DNA from: Phycisphaerae bacterium | Lineage (GTDB): Bacteria > Planctomycetota > Phycisphaerae > UBA1845 > Fen-1342 | Length of the DNA stretch: 64,000 bases | NCBI GenBank assembly: GCA_963675745.2 | Contig: CAXXWX010000026.1 | Coordinates: 640,001 to 704,000, forward strand | Direction: 5' to 3' | In this document: positions 9,892 through 19,798 of the stretch, in pieces | Position numbering within the stretch: position 1 is the stretch's first letter | How the letters are laid out: every line of letters begins with the position of its first letter | The notes under the pieces: model-generated | What the model was told of the DNA's origin: nothing | Databases searched by the model: none | Seen by the model: only the letters and a program-made list of their open reading frames with translations | Made by a program: the position numbers and the translations under genes

Positions 9892-10476
9892 TCAGTCACA
9901 TCGGGGGCTCAGGCACAATACGCGATTGCGGCCCCACTCGTGGGTCTCGCCACAAGTCAACAGTCGCAGATCGCTGGTTGGAAAACGCGTCCGCGCGTCC
10001 AGGCGGAACACGACGAGCGCGTCATCAGCAAGCCGCATTGCAACGCGTTCGAGCAGGTCGATTACACGCTGCGGGTTGTCGACGTCTCGGAACGGCGGAT
10101 CGACGAACACCAGGCCGTATCCGCCGCCGGCGGGTGCTTCCGGCAGGCGCAGTGTCCAGGCGTTTTCGGGGGCAACCCGGCACGCGTCGCCGGCGCGCAC
10201 CGTCGCGATGTTGGCACGGAGCACGCGCAACGCCGCCCGGCCGCGCTCGACAAACAGGCACGAGCGTGCCCCGCGCGAGAGGGCTTCAATTCCGAGGCCG
10301 CCGCTGCCGGCGAACAGATCAAGCACATCGACGGCGGGCAGCGTGCCCGGGGTGGCCAGGCGCGCCCCGAGCACATTGAAGAGCGTTTCCTTGATGCGAT
10401 CCGTGATGGGGCGGGTGGCGTCACCAGGCGGAGCCGCCAATCTCAAGCCTCGGTATTGTCCGGCGATAACACGCAT
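9892..10476 (-). CDS. rsmD: 16S rRNA (guanine966-N2)-methyltransferase
   Basis: MRVIAGQYRG..L, TRPITDRIKETLFN, VLDLFAGSG.LGIEALSRGA, FVDPPF. Confidence 0.92.
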   Translation of the reverse strand: MRVIAGQYRGLRLAAPPGDATRPITDRIKETLFNVLGARLATPGTLPAVDVLDLFAGSGGLGIEALSRGARSCLFVERGRAALRVLRANIATVRAGDACRVAPENAWTLRLPEAPAGGGYGLVFVDPPFRDVDNPQRVIDLLERVAMRLADDALVVFRLDARTRFPTSDLRLLTCGETHEWGRNRVLCLSPRCD

Positions 10477-10562
10477 TCTCGGACCGTCGATCTGGCCGGC
10501 ATGCCGCGGTGACCGGCACGTGCTATTGATCGTCACCGCGTCGGAATCCGATTAAAAGAGGC

Positions 10563-11369
10563 ATGATAAGTGACCTGCGTGTCATTCTGGAAGACTGGGA
10601 ATACGAACCCGGGAAAATCTCGGTCCGCAAGATCGTGGGCCGTGACGGGCAGGAGAAGATTCAGACGCGGGTGGATCTGGGCCTTTTGCAGCTTGAGCCC
10701 GAAGGTCGCCCGGACGGCCAGCGGCCGCACGGTTTCACGTCACTGCTCGATTATCACGAGCACCAGTTGCTCGAGCATCAACGACGCCGTGGCGACGACG
10801 CCCGGTTCGCGCTGATGCCCGAAGAGTGTCGCCAACTGCGTCACGAAGGCTATCTGTACTACCAGCGCTATCTGTCGCTGTTCGTGCTCGAAGAGTACGG
10901 CGCGGTGGTACGTGACACGACGCGCAACCTGCACCTGATGGACTTCTGCGGCCGCTATGCCAAGGAGCCGCACGATCGCCAGGCGCTCGAGGCGCAACGC
11001 CCGTATGTAATGATGATGCAATGCCGGGCGGAAGCGTACCAGGCCCGCGAGTCGGGCAACATGGAGGCGGCCTTCGCCATTGTTGAAGCCGGGTTGCAGC
11101 GCGTGGAGGCCCTGCTCGAAGATTGGCGGGACGAGCCACCCACGTCGACCCGTTCGGAGATACGACTGCTGTGCGAGCTGCGCGACAAGCTCCTCGATGA
11201 GATGCCGGACAGTGCCGAAGCGAAGTTGCAGATGCAGCTTGAGACGGCGTTGGCGGCGGAGGACTACGAGCTTGCCGCCAGGTTGCGCGATACGCTCGGC
11301 GGCGACCACCGGCGCTATGCACCGCCGGGGCACACGGGTGCTGGCTCACCGGAACACGGAGGGGGCTGA
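10563..11369 (+). CDS. UvrB/UvrC-motif-containing conserved protein
   Basis: C-terminal LQMQLETALAAEDYELAARLRD is a UVR motif. The rest is unassigned. Confidence 0.7.
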   Translation: MISDLRVILEDWEYEPGKISVRKIVGRDGQEKIQTRVDLGLLQLEPEGRPDGQRPHGFTSLLDYHEHQLLEHQRRRGDDARFALMPEECRQLRHEGYLYYQRYLSLFVLEEYGAVVRDTTRNLHLMDFCGRYAKEPHDRQALEAQRPYVMMMQCRAEAYQARESGNMEAAFAIVEAGLQRVEALLEDWRDEPPTSTRSEIRLLCELRDKLLDEMPDSAEAKLQMQLETALAAEDYELAARLRDTLGGDHRRYAPPGHTGAGSPEHGGG

Positions 11370-11612
11370 CACGGGACGGGACCGGTGGTGCGCGCATCAC
11401 CGGCCCCCCGACTCCCGGGCCGTAATCACCCGATGGCGGTCAACCGGGTCTTCAGCACCGGCCGAATGGCTGTCACAACCAACTTACCATTGACGCCCGC
11501 CGCCACGCCCATTACCGTTCCCATAGAGACCCGGCCGTTTCAGCTAGGCGTGGCGTGGTGTGTTCGCGCCGACTTTCCGGCGGAGTCAGGTCACCCTGTT
11601 GTGAGTAATGTT

Positions 11613-12713
11613 ATGTCGATGTCACGCGCGACGATCACTATTGGCTTGTGCGCTGGTTTGCTGCTGGTTCTGGGATGCGGGAACGGCGATGAGCCACCTC
11701 CGCGGCTGAATCGTGTGTTGGGCGACGGCCCGGCGGGCGCACCACTCAGCAGCGTAGCGCCGGATGAGGGTATTCTGGCCAACCCGGCCACATATACGCC
11801 GACCGCGGGTGGACCGGGCGGGATGGCGTCGGCTGACGCCGAGACCGCCGCTCGCGATCTGATGCAACGCACGGTAGAGGCGTTTTACGGGTTCGACGCG
11901 CTCCCGATCGTCGAGGCGTTGGACCCAAACCGCGCCGGCCCGTTCGCCGACGAGGATGTGAAGGATGCGTTATTCGCCACACTGACCAAGCTCGAGCTGC
12001 TGCTCGACGTCTGGAACGAGCGCCTCGCGGAGCCGGAGCTGGCGCAGATGAGCGAGTTGTGGAACGCGCTCAAGACGAGGCTGACGCAGCAAGACGTGCT
12101 GAATCTGCTTACCTATGAAGTGCTGGACGCGGAACACGTTGCCGTCAACGTTGACCAGACGCGGATCGAGGCGCTGCTGAGCGACATCGGACAGATCGTC
12201 GCCGAGCATCAGGGAGAGGGTGGCGAAGGTGGCATGTCGCCACTGGGGATGCTGCCGATCGGCGGACTCTCCGGCGGTGACACCGAGGACGAGACCGGCA
12301 CCGACGAGGGATTGGCCAACGCGGGTTATGAGGAGCCGCCGGCGCTGATTATCGCTAATATCGGGGGGCAGTGGCTGCTTCAGCCGCCACAGATGCCCGG
12401 TGAGACTGATCCGGCGGAAGTGCTCGCGAGCATGGAGCAGACCCAGGCAATGCTCGACAAGCTCATTGAGCTGATCGAAGAAGCCGACGCCCAGACGCTC
12501 AGTAACCCGATGGCGTTGATGATGGGCGCTATGATGTCAATGGGCGACATGGGCACTGGAACGGATGATGAGGACGACTGGGACGATGAATGGGGGGAGA
12601 CCGACGATGCCTCTGACACCGAGGGCGACGAGTGGGACGACGAATGGGACGAAGAAGGCGGGGAAGATGACGAGTGGGATGACGAAGAGGAGGATGACTC
12701 GAACCAGCCATAG
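11613..12713 (+). CDS. Hypothetical lipoprotein with very acidic Trp-containing C-terminal tail
   Basis: Lipobox-like LLLVLGC after ATG 11613/11619. Tail DDWDDEWGE...EWDDEWDEE. Start uncertain. Confidence 0.6.
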   Translation: MSMSRATITIGLCAGLLLVLGCGNGDEPPPRLNRVLGDGPAGAPLSSVAPDEGILANPATYTPTAGGPGGMASADAETAARDLMQRTVEAFYGFDALPIVEALDPNRAGPFADEDVKDALFATLTKLELLLDVWNERLAEPELAQMSELWNALKTRLTQQDVLNLLTYEVLDAEHVAVNVDQTRIEALLSDIGQIVAEHQGEGGEGGMSPLGMLPIGGLSGGDTEDETGTDEGLANAGYEEPPALIIANIGGQWLLQPPQMPGETDPAEVLASMEQTQAMLDKLIELIEEADAQTLSNPMALMMGAMMSMGDMGTGTDDEDDWDDEWGETDDASDTEGDEWDDEWDEEGGEDDEWDDEEEDDSNQP

Positions 12714-12869
12714 CGGGGCTGTTCCAGCAGCCCGTAGTGACTTGCGCCTCGCGGGCCGCGGGCGCGAGATCGCGCTTCGAGTGTCCTGCGACGCCGACTG
12801 ATTGTCATACTGACCCGCGACCGACCGGGCCGCCACGGCTCGGCCATGTGAACGGAGGATAACCTGGCT

Positions 12870-13292
12870 GTGATCTCGCAAGAGCAAATCGAGAGGCTTG
12901 CGCGCGCGACTCAGACGCAGGACTACCTGCGCGACGCGCGCCGCGAGATCGCGCAGCTCCAGCGCATCGTGTTCCACAATCTAGAGGGGGCGGACTGGAG
13001 CCTGAGTGACCGCGTAGCTGAGCAGATCCTGCTCGCTGACATCGTCACACGTCACCGGGGCGACCTGGAGCACGTGCGCGAAGACTTGCGCGCCCGCGAA
13101 GAGCGAACCGGATCATGGCAGAAGGCCGTACACGAATTCGCATCCTACATTCACTCCTATTTCACGACACCGCTGGGAATCATGATGCGGCGAGAGTTGT
13201 TTGGTAACGCGGCGGTGTTTCTGTCACCCGAGGCGGTCGAGTGGATCGAGGGGCGCGAGACGCCGGACACGCCGAGGGAGAACGTGGATTGA
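12870..13292 (+). CDS. Hypothetical protein, translationally coupled to yhaM
   Basis: GGAGG SD before the GTG start. Stop overlaps the next start (TGATG). Confidence 0.65.
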   Translation: MISQEQIERLARATQTQDYLRDARREIAQLQRIVFHNLEGADWSLSDRVAEQILLADIVTRHRGDLEHVREDLRAREERTGSWQKAVHEFASYIHSYFTTPLGIMMRRELFGNAAVFLSPEAVEWIEGRETPDTPRENVD

Positions 13293-14293
13293 TGAGCAAA
13301 ACCCAAGCCGCCGGCCAGCGCACTGCAATTGTGGATCTGGAGGCGGGCCAGCGTGTCGACGATCAGGTGTTCCTGATTCATCAGAAAGACCTGCGGACGA
13401 CGGCTAACGGCAGCATGTACATACACGCCGTGCTCGCGGACGGTACGGGCCAGCTCGTCGCGCGGATGTGGGATGCTTCGCAGGCTTTGTTCGATTCGAT
13501 GACGACCGGCGGGTTTATGCACCTGCGCGGGCGCGTCGAGAGCTATAAAGGGCGGCCGCAGTTCATCATCGATGGCATGCGCGCCGTCGAGCCGGGCGAG
13601 TTCAACCCGGCGGATTTCCTCCCACACACCACGCAGGATCCCGAGGCCATGTGGTCGCGTACCAAGGAGATTCTGCGCCAGATCAAGCATCCGGCCCTGC
13701 TGAAGCTGATCGGCTGCTTCGTCAATGACGAGCAGTTCGCCGCCGAGTTCAAGCGCGCGCCGGCGGCCACGGCCCTGCACCACGCATACCTGGGCGGCTT
13801 GCTGGAGCACACGCTCAGTCTGCTCGAACTGGCCTTGCTGGTCATGCCGCGCTATCCCGATGTGAGCCAGGATCTCGTGCTGGCCGGCATTTTCCTTCAC
13901 GACGCGGGCAAGACGCGTGAGCTCTCCTATGAAAGCAGCTTCGGCTATTCAACCGAGGGGCAGTTGATCGGGCACATCGTCATGTGCGTGGGGTGGATAG
14001 ATCAGCGGGCCCGCGATGTGGAAGCCGAAACAGGCGAGCCCATACCGGCGGATGTGCTGAACGTGCTCAAGCACATCGTCGTGGCGCACCACGGCGTGTA
14101 TGAGTTCGGCAGCCCGAAGTTGCCGGCCTTGCCCGAGGCGATCGTGGTGCATTATCTCGATAATCTTGACGCCAAGCTGGCCATGATGCGCCACCACATC
14201 GACGCCGACCGAGACACTTCCAGCGACTGGACCGGCTTTATCCACGCCCTGCAAACGAAGCTGTTCAAGCCCAACGTCATGAAGCCACAATGA
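13292..14293 (+). CDS. yhaM: 3'-5' exoribonuclease YhaM/Cbf1 family (OB-fold plus HD domain)
   Basis: OB fold (LADGTGQLVARMWD), PAA..LHHAYLGGLLEHT, LHDAGK, GQLIGHI, HHG..EFGSP, DNLDAK. Confidence 0.88.
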   Translation: MSKTQAAGQRTAIVDLEAGQRVDDQVFLIHQKDLRTTANGSMYIHAVLADGTGQLVARMWDASQALFDSMTTGGFMHLRGRVESYKGRPQFIIDGMRAVEPGEFNPADFLPHTTQDPEAMWSRTKEILRQIKHPALLKLIGCFVNDEQFAAEFKRAPAATALHHAYLGGLLEHTLSLLELALLVMPRYPDVSQDLVLAGIFLHDAGKTRELSYESSFGYSTEGQLIGHIVMCVGWIDQRARDVEAETGEPIPADVLNVLKHIVVAHHGVYEFGSPKLPALPEAIVVHYLDNLDAKLAMMRHHIDADRDTSSDWTGFIHALQTKLFKPNVMKPQ

Positions 14294-14358
14294 GCCGGAT
14301 TATCGAACGGCCGGTCTGATGGCTGCCAACGACGCGTTTCGCAAGCTATGATTCGGTC

Positions 14359-16008
14359 ATGTCCGAACCCCGCCCCGTTGTCAGGTCCGCGCTGCTGATC
14401 GGATTATGTACGCTCGCATCGCGAGTCACGGGCCTGGCGCGCGATGTCCTGCTCTTTCAGACGTTCGGTCTGGGCTGGGTGGCCGATGCGTGGAATTTCG
14501 CGTTCCAGATTCCAAACCTGTTCAGGCGGCTGTTCGGCGAAGGCGCCCTGGCCGCGGCATTCGTCCCCACGTTCACCCGCGCGCTGGAACGCGACGGTCA
14601 GCCGCGCGCATGGCAGGTGCTGGGCGGCACGTTCTCACTGCTGACCGTCGTGCTCACCGGGCTGATAGTGCTGATCGAGGTCGGCCTGCTCATCGGCTGG
14701 CAGACATCCACGGGGATCGACGCTCAGGCCGCCGAGGCACGCCGTCTCCTGCTGGCACTGACGGCCCTGATGCTCCCGTTCATGCTCTCGATTTGCATCT
14801 TGGCGCTGTTTTGCAGCGTGCTGAATTGCCTGCACAGCTTCGTTCCCGCCGCCCTGACGCCCATCATCCTCAACTTGTTCATGATCGCCGGCATTCTATG
14901 GGTCGGCCCGCAGTTTGGCGGTGACGCGAAGGAGCACCAGATATACGCGGTGGCCGCGTGCGTGCTGGCCGCGGGCTGCGTTCAACTGCTGTTCATATAC
15001 CCGTTTCTGCGCCGCCATGGCGTGAAGTTGAGCTGGCGCTGGGCTCCCCGCGACCCGGTCGTTATGAAGGTCATCACCTTGATGGGGCCCGTTATTCTCG
15101 GGCAAGGCGTGCTCGCGCTGGGCGTGTTTCTCGACGCCGGCGTGTGCTGGCTGTTCACCCACCGCGGCGTCGCGCCGACCACGGCCCACTGGCTGGGGAT
15201 CGCGTTTGATTACCCGCTCAGGGAGGGCGCTCTTTCCGCCATCACCTGTGCCGCGCGGCTATACCAGTTTCCGCTGGGCGTGTTGGCGGTGTCACTGGGC
15301 ACCGCGGCCCTGCCCGCGTTCAGTCGGTTCGCCGCCCGCGAGGACTGGTCTGCCTGGGCCAACGAGGTCCGCAGCGCGCTGCGCCTGGCCGTGTTTGTCG
15401 GGCTACTCGCGGGGATCATGATGATCCTGATACCGGAATCGCTGGTGCGCCTGCTGTTTGAGTACCGCGAGTTTGGGCCGGCCGACACGCGGCGCGCGGC
15501 GCGCGTGTTGACGTTTTACGGATTCGGCATGTGGGCCTATTTCGTCCAGCACTTGATCCTGCGCGCGTTTTTCAGCATTCGCGACGTCAAGACGCCGCTG
15601 AAAATCAGTTGCCTGTTCCTGCCGATCAATCTCGCCATCAGCGTGTTGCTTATCTGGCACGCGCAGATTCGCGAGGCGGCGTTCGCGATCAGTTCGGCGC
15701 TGACCACGACGGCCGCGGTTGTGGTTGGACTGGTCCTGCTGAGCCGCCGCACACGCGCCCCGCTGCTGGGGCCTTCCGCCTGGTCGGCCCTGGCGCGCAT
15801 GCTGGCGGCTGCCGCGGCAACGGTCGTGGTGACACATATCTTCTACAACGCCTGGTCACCGTGGTTATCCGCCAACATCGCCGCGGTCGTGCTGCGGCGC
15901 GCCGCGGATGCGTTCGGTCCGCTGGCGGTCGGCGGGGTCACCTACCTGGCGACTAGCTGGGTGCTGCGACTTGATGAACCCCGGTTGCTGCTGAGACGCC
16001 GGCGCTAG
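14359..16008 (+). CDS. murJ: Lipid II flippase MurJ (MviN)
   Basis: SRVTGLARD, AFQIPNLFRRLFGEGALAAAFVP, RLYQFPLGV, LP..SR, D.KTP and many TM helices. Confidence 0.92.
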   Translation: MSEPRPVVRSALLIGLCTLASRVTGLARDVLLFQTFGLGWVADAWNFAFQIPNLFRRLFGEGALAAAFVPTFTRALERDGQPRAWQVLGGTFSLLTVVLTGLIVLIEVGLLIGWQTSTGIDAQAAEARRLLLALTALMLPFMLSICILALFCSVLNCLHSFVPAALTPIILNLFMIAGILWVGPQFGGDAKEHQIYAVAACVLAAGCVQLLFIYPFLRRHGVKLSWRWAPRDPVVMKVITLMGPVILGQGVLALGVFLDAGVCWLFTHRGVAPTTAHWLGIAFDYPLREGALSAITCAARLYQFPLGVLAVSLGTAALPAFSRFAAREDWSAWANEVRSALRLAVFVGLLAGIMMILIPESLVRLLFEYREFGPADTRRAARVLTFYGFGMWAYFVQHLILRAFFSIRDVKTPLKISCLFLPINLAISVLLIWHAQIREAAFAISSALTTTAAVVVGLVLLSRRTRAPLLGPSAWSALARMLAAAAATVVVTHIFYNAWSPWLSANIAAVVLRRAADAFGPLAVGGVTYLATSWVLRLDEPRLLLRRRR

Positions 16009-16084
16009 TGCCGCTTCCGGTGAAGGTGTTTCGCGTGTAGCGCTACCGCCCGACGTAACAGGTAGCGGCCGGTCAACACAGCGC

Positions 16085-16164
16085 GTAACGGCCTGCGCCT
16101 CGCAGGCCGCCGAATGTTGGAGACGCTTTCTCGCGCCGACGGCCTGCGGGGCGCAGGCCGCTAC
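16085..16164. repeat. REP doublet (REPIN-like) between convergent genes
   Basis: gtaacggcctgcgcctcgcaggccg (16085-16109) and its near reverse complement cggcctgcggggcgcaggccgctac (16140-16164). Each is palindromic with a GTAG-like end. Confidence 0.7.
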
Positions 16165-16254
16165 ATAGGCGTGCGCGTGAAACAAGCATGTGCCAGACGT
16201 CTGAGACGGTCGGACTGGGTATGGCCCCCTGGTTTCGCACGGTGGGCGTGACGG

Positions 16255-16686
16255 CTACGGGGTTCCCATGGATTCGATGCGTTCACGCCGCGTGCCGATC
16301 TCTGTCACGCGCAGGCCGAACTGCTCGCCGACTTTCACAGCGCGGCCCCGGCCGATACGCCGGTTGCGGATGAACAGCTCCAGGTCATCGTCAACGCTCT
16401 TATCGAATTCGATGATCGCACCGTTGGACAGCATGCGGATTTTGGCGATCGGCATGCGGCGGCCGGCGAGTTGAACGATGGCCGGAACGCGGACGCGCAG
16501 TGCCCGCCTGACTTCCGCCGACGTGCCGCGGTACAGATCGGCGGACGCGTCAACGCCGGAGGTGGCCGGCTTTTCCGTCTGGCCCGGATCGTCTTCTTTC
16601 ACACCATCGACCTGCTTCTCGGTCTCTGTGCGCAGCCCATCAGCCTCTGAAAGCAGATCGTCGATTTCCTGCTGGTCCACGACCAT
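16255..16686 (-). CDS. FliN/FliM C-terminal (SpoA) domain protein
   Basis: DQQEIDDLL N-terminus. VPAIVQLA..RM.I..I..L..GAIIEFDK....LEL......IGRG.AVKVGEQFGLRVTEI is a SpoA domain. Confidence 0.8.
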   Translation of the reverse strand: MVVDQQEIDDLLSEADGLRTETEKQVDGVKEDDPGQTEKPATSGVDASADLYRGTSAEVRRALRVRVPAIVQLAGRRMPIAKIRMLSNGAIIEFDKSVDDDLELFIRNRRIGRGRAVKVGEQFGLRVTEIGTRRERIESMGTP

Positions 16687-16786
16687 ATACCGAGACCCTC
16701 GCTGATAGCGTTCGCAGCGTCTGCCACGCACATACAGCATCGGCAGATTGGTCCGGTGGGTTGCAGGGCGTGCGCCGCCGCGCAGG

Positions 16787-18685
16787 CTACCAGACGGTGG
16801 GCTGCCAGCGCCCGTGCCACAGCTCCAGCATAAGCAGGGCCCACAACGGGTGCTCGTGATTGTGGCGGCCCGATAAGTGTTGATCGACAAAGGTGCGCAG
16901 CCACTTCGGCCTGAATATTCGGGCGCACAGCGCGTCGGGGGCAAAAAGCCGCTGCTCCAGCAGCCCGCGCAGGTCGCCGCGAAACCACTCGCCGACCGGC
17001 ACACCAAAGCCCATCTTGGGTCGCCGGAGCACCGCGGCAGGCAGCAGCGGGGCAGCCCAGTCCCTGAGAATCCGCTTGTTCATGCGCCATGAGAGCGGCA
17101 GCGAAAGCGCAAATTCGACCAGCTCGTGGTCGAGGAACGGGGACCGGCACTCGAGGCCCCACGCCATCGAGGCAATGTCAAGCTTGGTCAGGAGATCGAA
17201 GGGCAGATAGCTGGCGAAGTCGGTGTGGATCGCGCGATTCGCCGCCCGGCCCGGGGCGAATTCGTACAGGTGATCGAACCACGCCAGTGGCTCTTGAAAG
17301 CCGATCCGCTCGGCGAAGTCGGAGCAATAGCCGGCGCCGAGCATCTCGGGCGTAAAGACGTTGACCCACGACAAGTAGCGGCGCGCCGGAGTCTTGCCGA
17401 CGGCGCTCAGGAAGCGATACAGTCGGCGGGTGAACGACTTCGCGCGCCCACGCGGCAACAGTCCTCCCAGCCGCGCGATGGTCGCGCGGCCGACGATCGG
17501 CAACACGTCACCCCACGCCGCCCACGCCGCGGCCCGGTAGCGATCATAGCCGGCCAGGCACTCATCCCCACCGTCGCCCGTGAGCGCCACGGTCACCGAC
17601 TCGCGCGTGTGGCGCGAAACGTAGTACGTCGGGATCGCCGACGAGTCGGCGAAGGGCTCATCGTAGTGCCAGGCCAGCGAATCGAGAACGTCCGTGGCTT
17701 CGGGCGTCACAGACGCTTCATGGTGCTCCGTGTCGAAGTGGCCGGCGACCATGCGCGCATAGGCCGTTTCGTCATAGCGCTTGTCCGGGAAGCCGATCGA
17801 GAATGTTCGCAGCGGCGACACGCCAAGTTTGCGCATCAGGCCGACGACGATCGAGGAGTCGAGACCACCCGAGAGAAACGCGCCCAGCGGCACATCGGAA
17901 ACCAGGCGCCTCTCCACGGCGCGCGTCAGCAGTCCGCCGAGGCGGTCACGGGCGGCGGCGTAGCTGCCGGTAAAGGGCTTACCGCGCTGGAACGGGCTGG
18001 GCGGCATTTGCCAGAACGGGTGCGCGGTATCAGCCTCGCCATCCCGAACGTGCAGGAAACAACCGGGCAGCAGCTTGCGGACACTCTTGTAAACCGCATG
18101 TGGCGCGGGGATGTATTGAAACAGCAGGTAGCTGTGCAGCGCCTGTGGATCGATTTCGCGCCGCACACATTTGACCGCCATCAGCGCCTTCAATTCGCTG
18201 GCAAAATAGAGCCGGCCGTCGGCGAACGCGTAGTACAACGGCTTTTTTCCGAAGCGGTCGCGCGCCAGCAGCAGGTCGTTGCGTTCCGCGTCCCACAGCG
18301 CAACGGCAAACATGCCGCTGAGACGTTCGAAGCAATCCTCACCCCACTCGCAATACGCGTGAACGATGACCTCGGCGTCACCGCGCGTGCGGAACAGGTG
18401 CCCCGCCGCCCTCAACTCATCACGCAACTCGCGAAAGTTGTAGATCTCGCCATTGAAGACGACGTGAACGTTGCCGGCCTGGTTGGTGATGGGTTGCTGC
18501 CCGGTCTCAAGATCGATGATGGCCAGCCGGCGGAACCCGAGCGCGCAGCGGCCACTGGGGTCGGCGTAATAGCCTTCGTCGTCGGGCCCGCGGTGGACAA
18601 GCTGCGCCGTCATGGCGCGCACCTCGTCAGCATCCACGCAGGGCGTATCGGGTGCGAGGCCAACGATTCCGGCGATGCCACACAT
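16787..18685 (-). CDS. asnB: Asparagine synthase (glutamine-hydrolysing) family amidotransferase
   Basis: MCGIAG, HRGPDD, RRLAIID, FNGEIYN, ARDRFG.KPLYY, FLSGGLDSS, LTGDGGDE..AGY, RSPFLD, KMGFGVP. Confidence 0.93.
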   Translation of the reverse strand: MCGIAGIVGLAPDTPCVDADEVRAMTAQLVHRGPDDEGYYADPSGRCALGFRRLAIIDLETGQQPITNQAGNVHVVFNGEIYNFRELRDELRAAGHLFRTRGDAEVIVHAYCEWGEDCFERLSGMFAVALWDAERNDLLLARDRFGKKPLYYAFADGRLYFASELKALMAVKCVRREIDPQALHSYLLFQYIPAPHAVYKSVRKLLPGCFLHVRDGEADTAHPFWQMPPSPFQRGKPFTGSYAAARDRLGGLLTRAVERRLVSDVPLGAFLSGGLDSSIVVGLMRKLGVSPLRTFSIGFPDKRYDETAYARMVAGHFDTEHHEASVTPEATDVLDSLAWHYDEPFADSSAIPTYYVSRHTRESVTVALTGDGGDECLAGYDRYRAAAWAAWGDVLPIVGRATIARLGGLLPRGRAKSFTRRLYRFLSAVGKTPARRYLSWVNVFTPEMLGAGYCSDFAERIGFQEPLAWFDHLYEFAPGRAANRAIHTDFASYLPFDLLTKLDIASMAWGLECRSPFLDHELVEFALSLPLSWRMNKRILRDWAAPLLPAAVLRRPKMGFGVPVGEWFRGDLRGLLEQRLFAPDALCARIFRPKWLRTFVDQHLSGRHNHEHPLWALLMLELWHGRWQPTVW

Positions 18686-18807
18686 TAGAAGGGCAAGTCC
18701 TGAGAACCAAGTTCATCACGCCCGACCCCCGAGTCGAATGGCGCTTGCACGTCGGCGTTATCTCCGCGACACGGCCGACTCGGGGATCGGCCGCCGCGCT
18801 TCCGCGA

Positions 18808-19608
18808 TCAGGCCTTCTGGCAATCCGGGCACATGTGCGTGCCGCGCTGGGCCACGACAATACGTTCGATCGGTGTCTGGCAGACAGGGCAGGGCTGGCC
18901 TGTGCGGCCGTAGACGTTTAAGTAATCCTGCATGCGCCCTCCGAGATACGCCCAGTCGAAGGACGTTCCACAATGACGGATGGCCTTGCGCAATACGAAC
19001 CTGATCGCCTCGTGCAGGCGCTGTATCCGGCGGAGCGATAGCTTGTCGGCGCGCGTCAAGGGGTGCAGCCCCGCGCGAAAAAGAGACTCATCCGCATATA
19101 TGTTGCCCAGCCCAGCGATCACATTCTGATCCAGCAATAACGGCTTAAGCGGCCGCGCGCGTCTCTGGAGGATGGCCGCCAGCACATTCACGGTGAAACC
19201 ACGGTCGAGGGGTTCGGGGCCCAGATCGGCCGTGGTCGCGCCCAAGTCAGGTGTATATACGATGCGGCCGAACTTGCGTGCGTCACAAAACAGAAGTCGC
19301 TCACCGCCGTCGAGTTCCCAGTACGCCCGGATGTGTTTGGGTGTCGAGTCGCAGTCGGGCCCCCACTCCAGCCGACCACTCATGCGCAGATGGACCAGCA
19401 GGAAACCGCTGTCGCCAAGCTCCGCCACGATGTTCTTTCCCCGGCGTGTGAGTCGGCGGATGGTCGAGCCTTGCAGCTTCCGCCGCACCAAGGCGAAACT
19501 GGGTGAGGCGTGCTTCTTCCAATGCGACACAAAGCGCGTGATCCGCCGCCCTTCCAGGCGCCTGCGAAAGGTACGTACGATCGTCTCAACTTCGGGCAGT
19601 TCCGGCAT
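18808..19608 (-). CDS. mutM: Formamidopyrimidine-DNA glycosylase
   Basis: MPELPEVET, RRGK, HLRMSG, GLGNIYADESLF and a CPVC..CPDCQ zinc finger. Confidence 0.95.
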   Translation of the reverse strand: MPELPEVETIVRTFRRRLEGRRITRFVSHWKKHASPSFALVRRKLQGSTIRRLTRRGKNIVAELGDSGFLLVHLRMSGRLEWGPDCDSTPKHIRAYWELDGGERLLFCDARKFGRIVYTPDLGATTADLGPEPLDRGFTVNVLAAILQRRARPLKPLLLDQNVIAGLGNIYADESLFRAGLHPLTRADKLSLRRIQRLHEAIRFVLRKAIRHCGTSFDWAYLGGRMQDYLNVYGRTGQPCPVCQTPIERIVVAQRGTHMCPDCQKA

Positions 19609-19798
19609 GCCGGGATTGTACGGCACGCAACGGCGATGCCGCCAATGGTCAGCGCGAAGCCGCACCGTGCCGCGGGCAGGTGTGGCACATCGCACGCCGC
19701 GGCATTTGATGCTCGGCCGGCCTATGGCAAGGGGCGGTGCGCGCGAACATCCCGGCCCGGCTATGTCGCCGGGTGCCGTGGTCCAGCGTTACGCACGG

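Noticed and set aside
18722..18790. Inverted repeat between mutM and asnB
   Set aside because: Single GC-rich hairpin with no U-tract and no second copy in the window. Not enough to call a terminator or REP.
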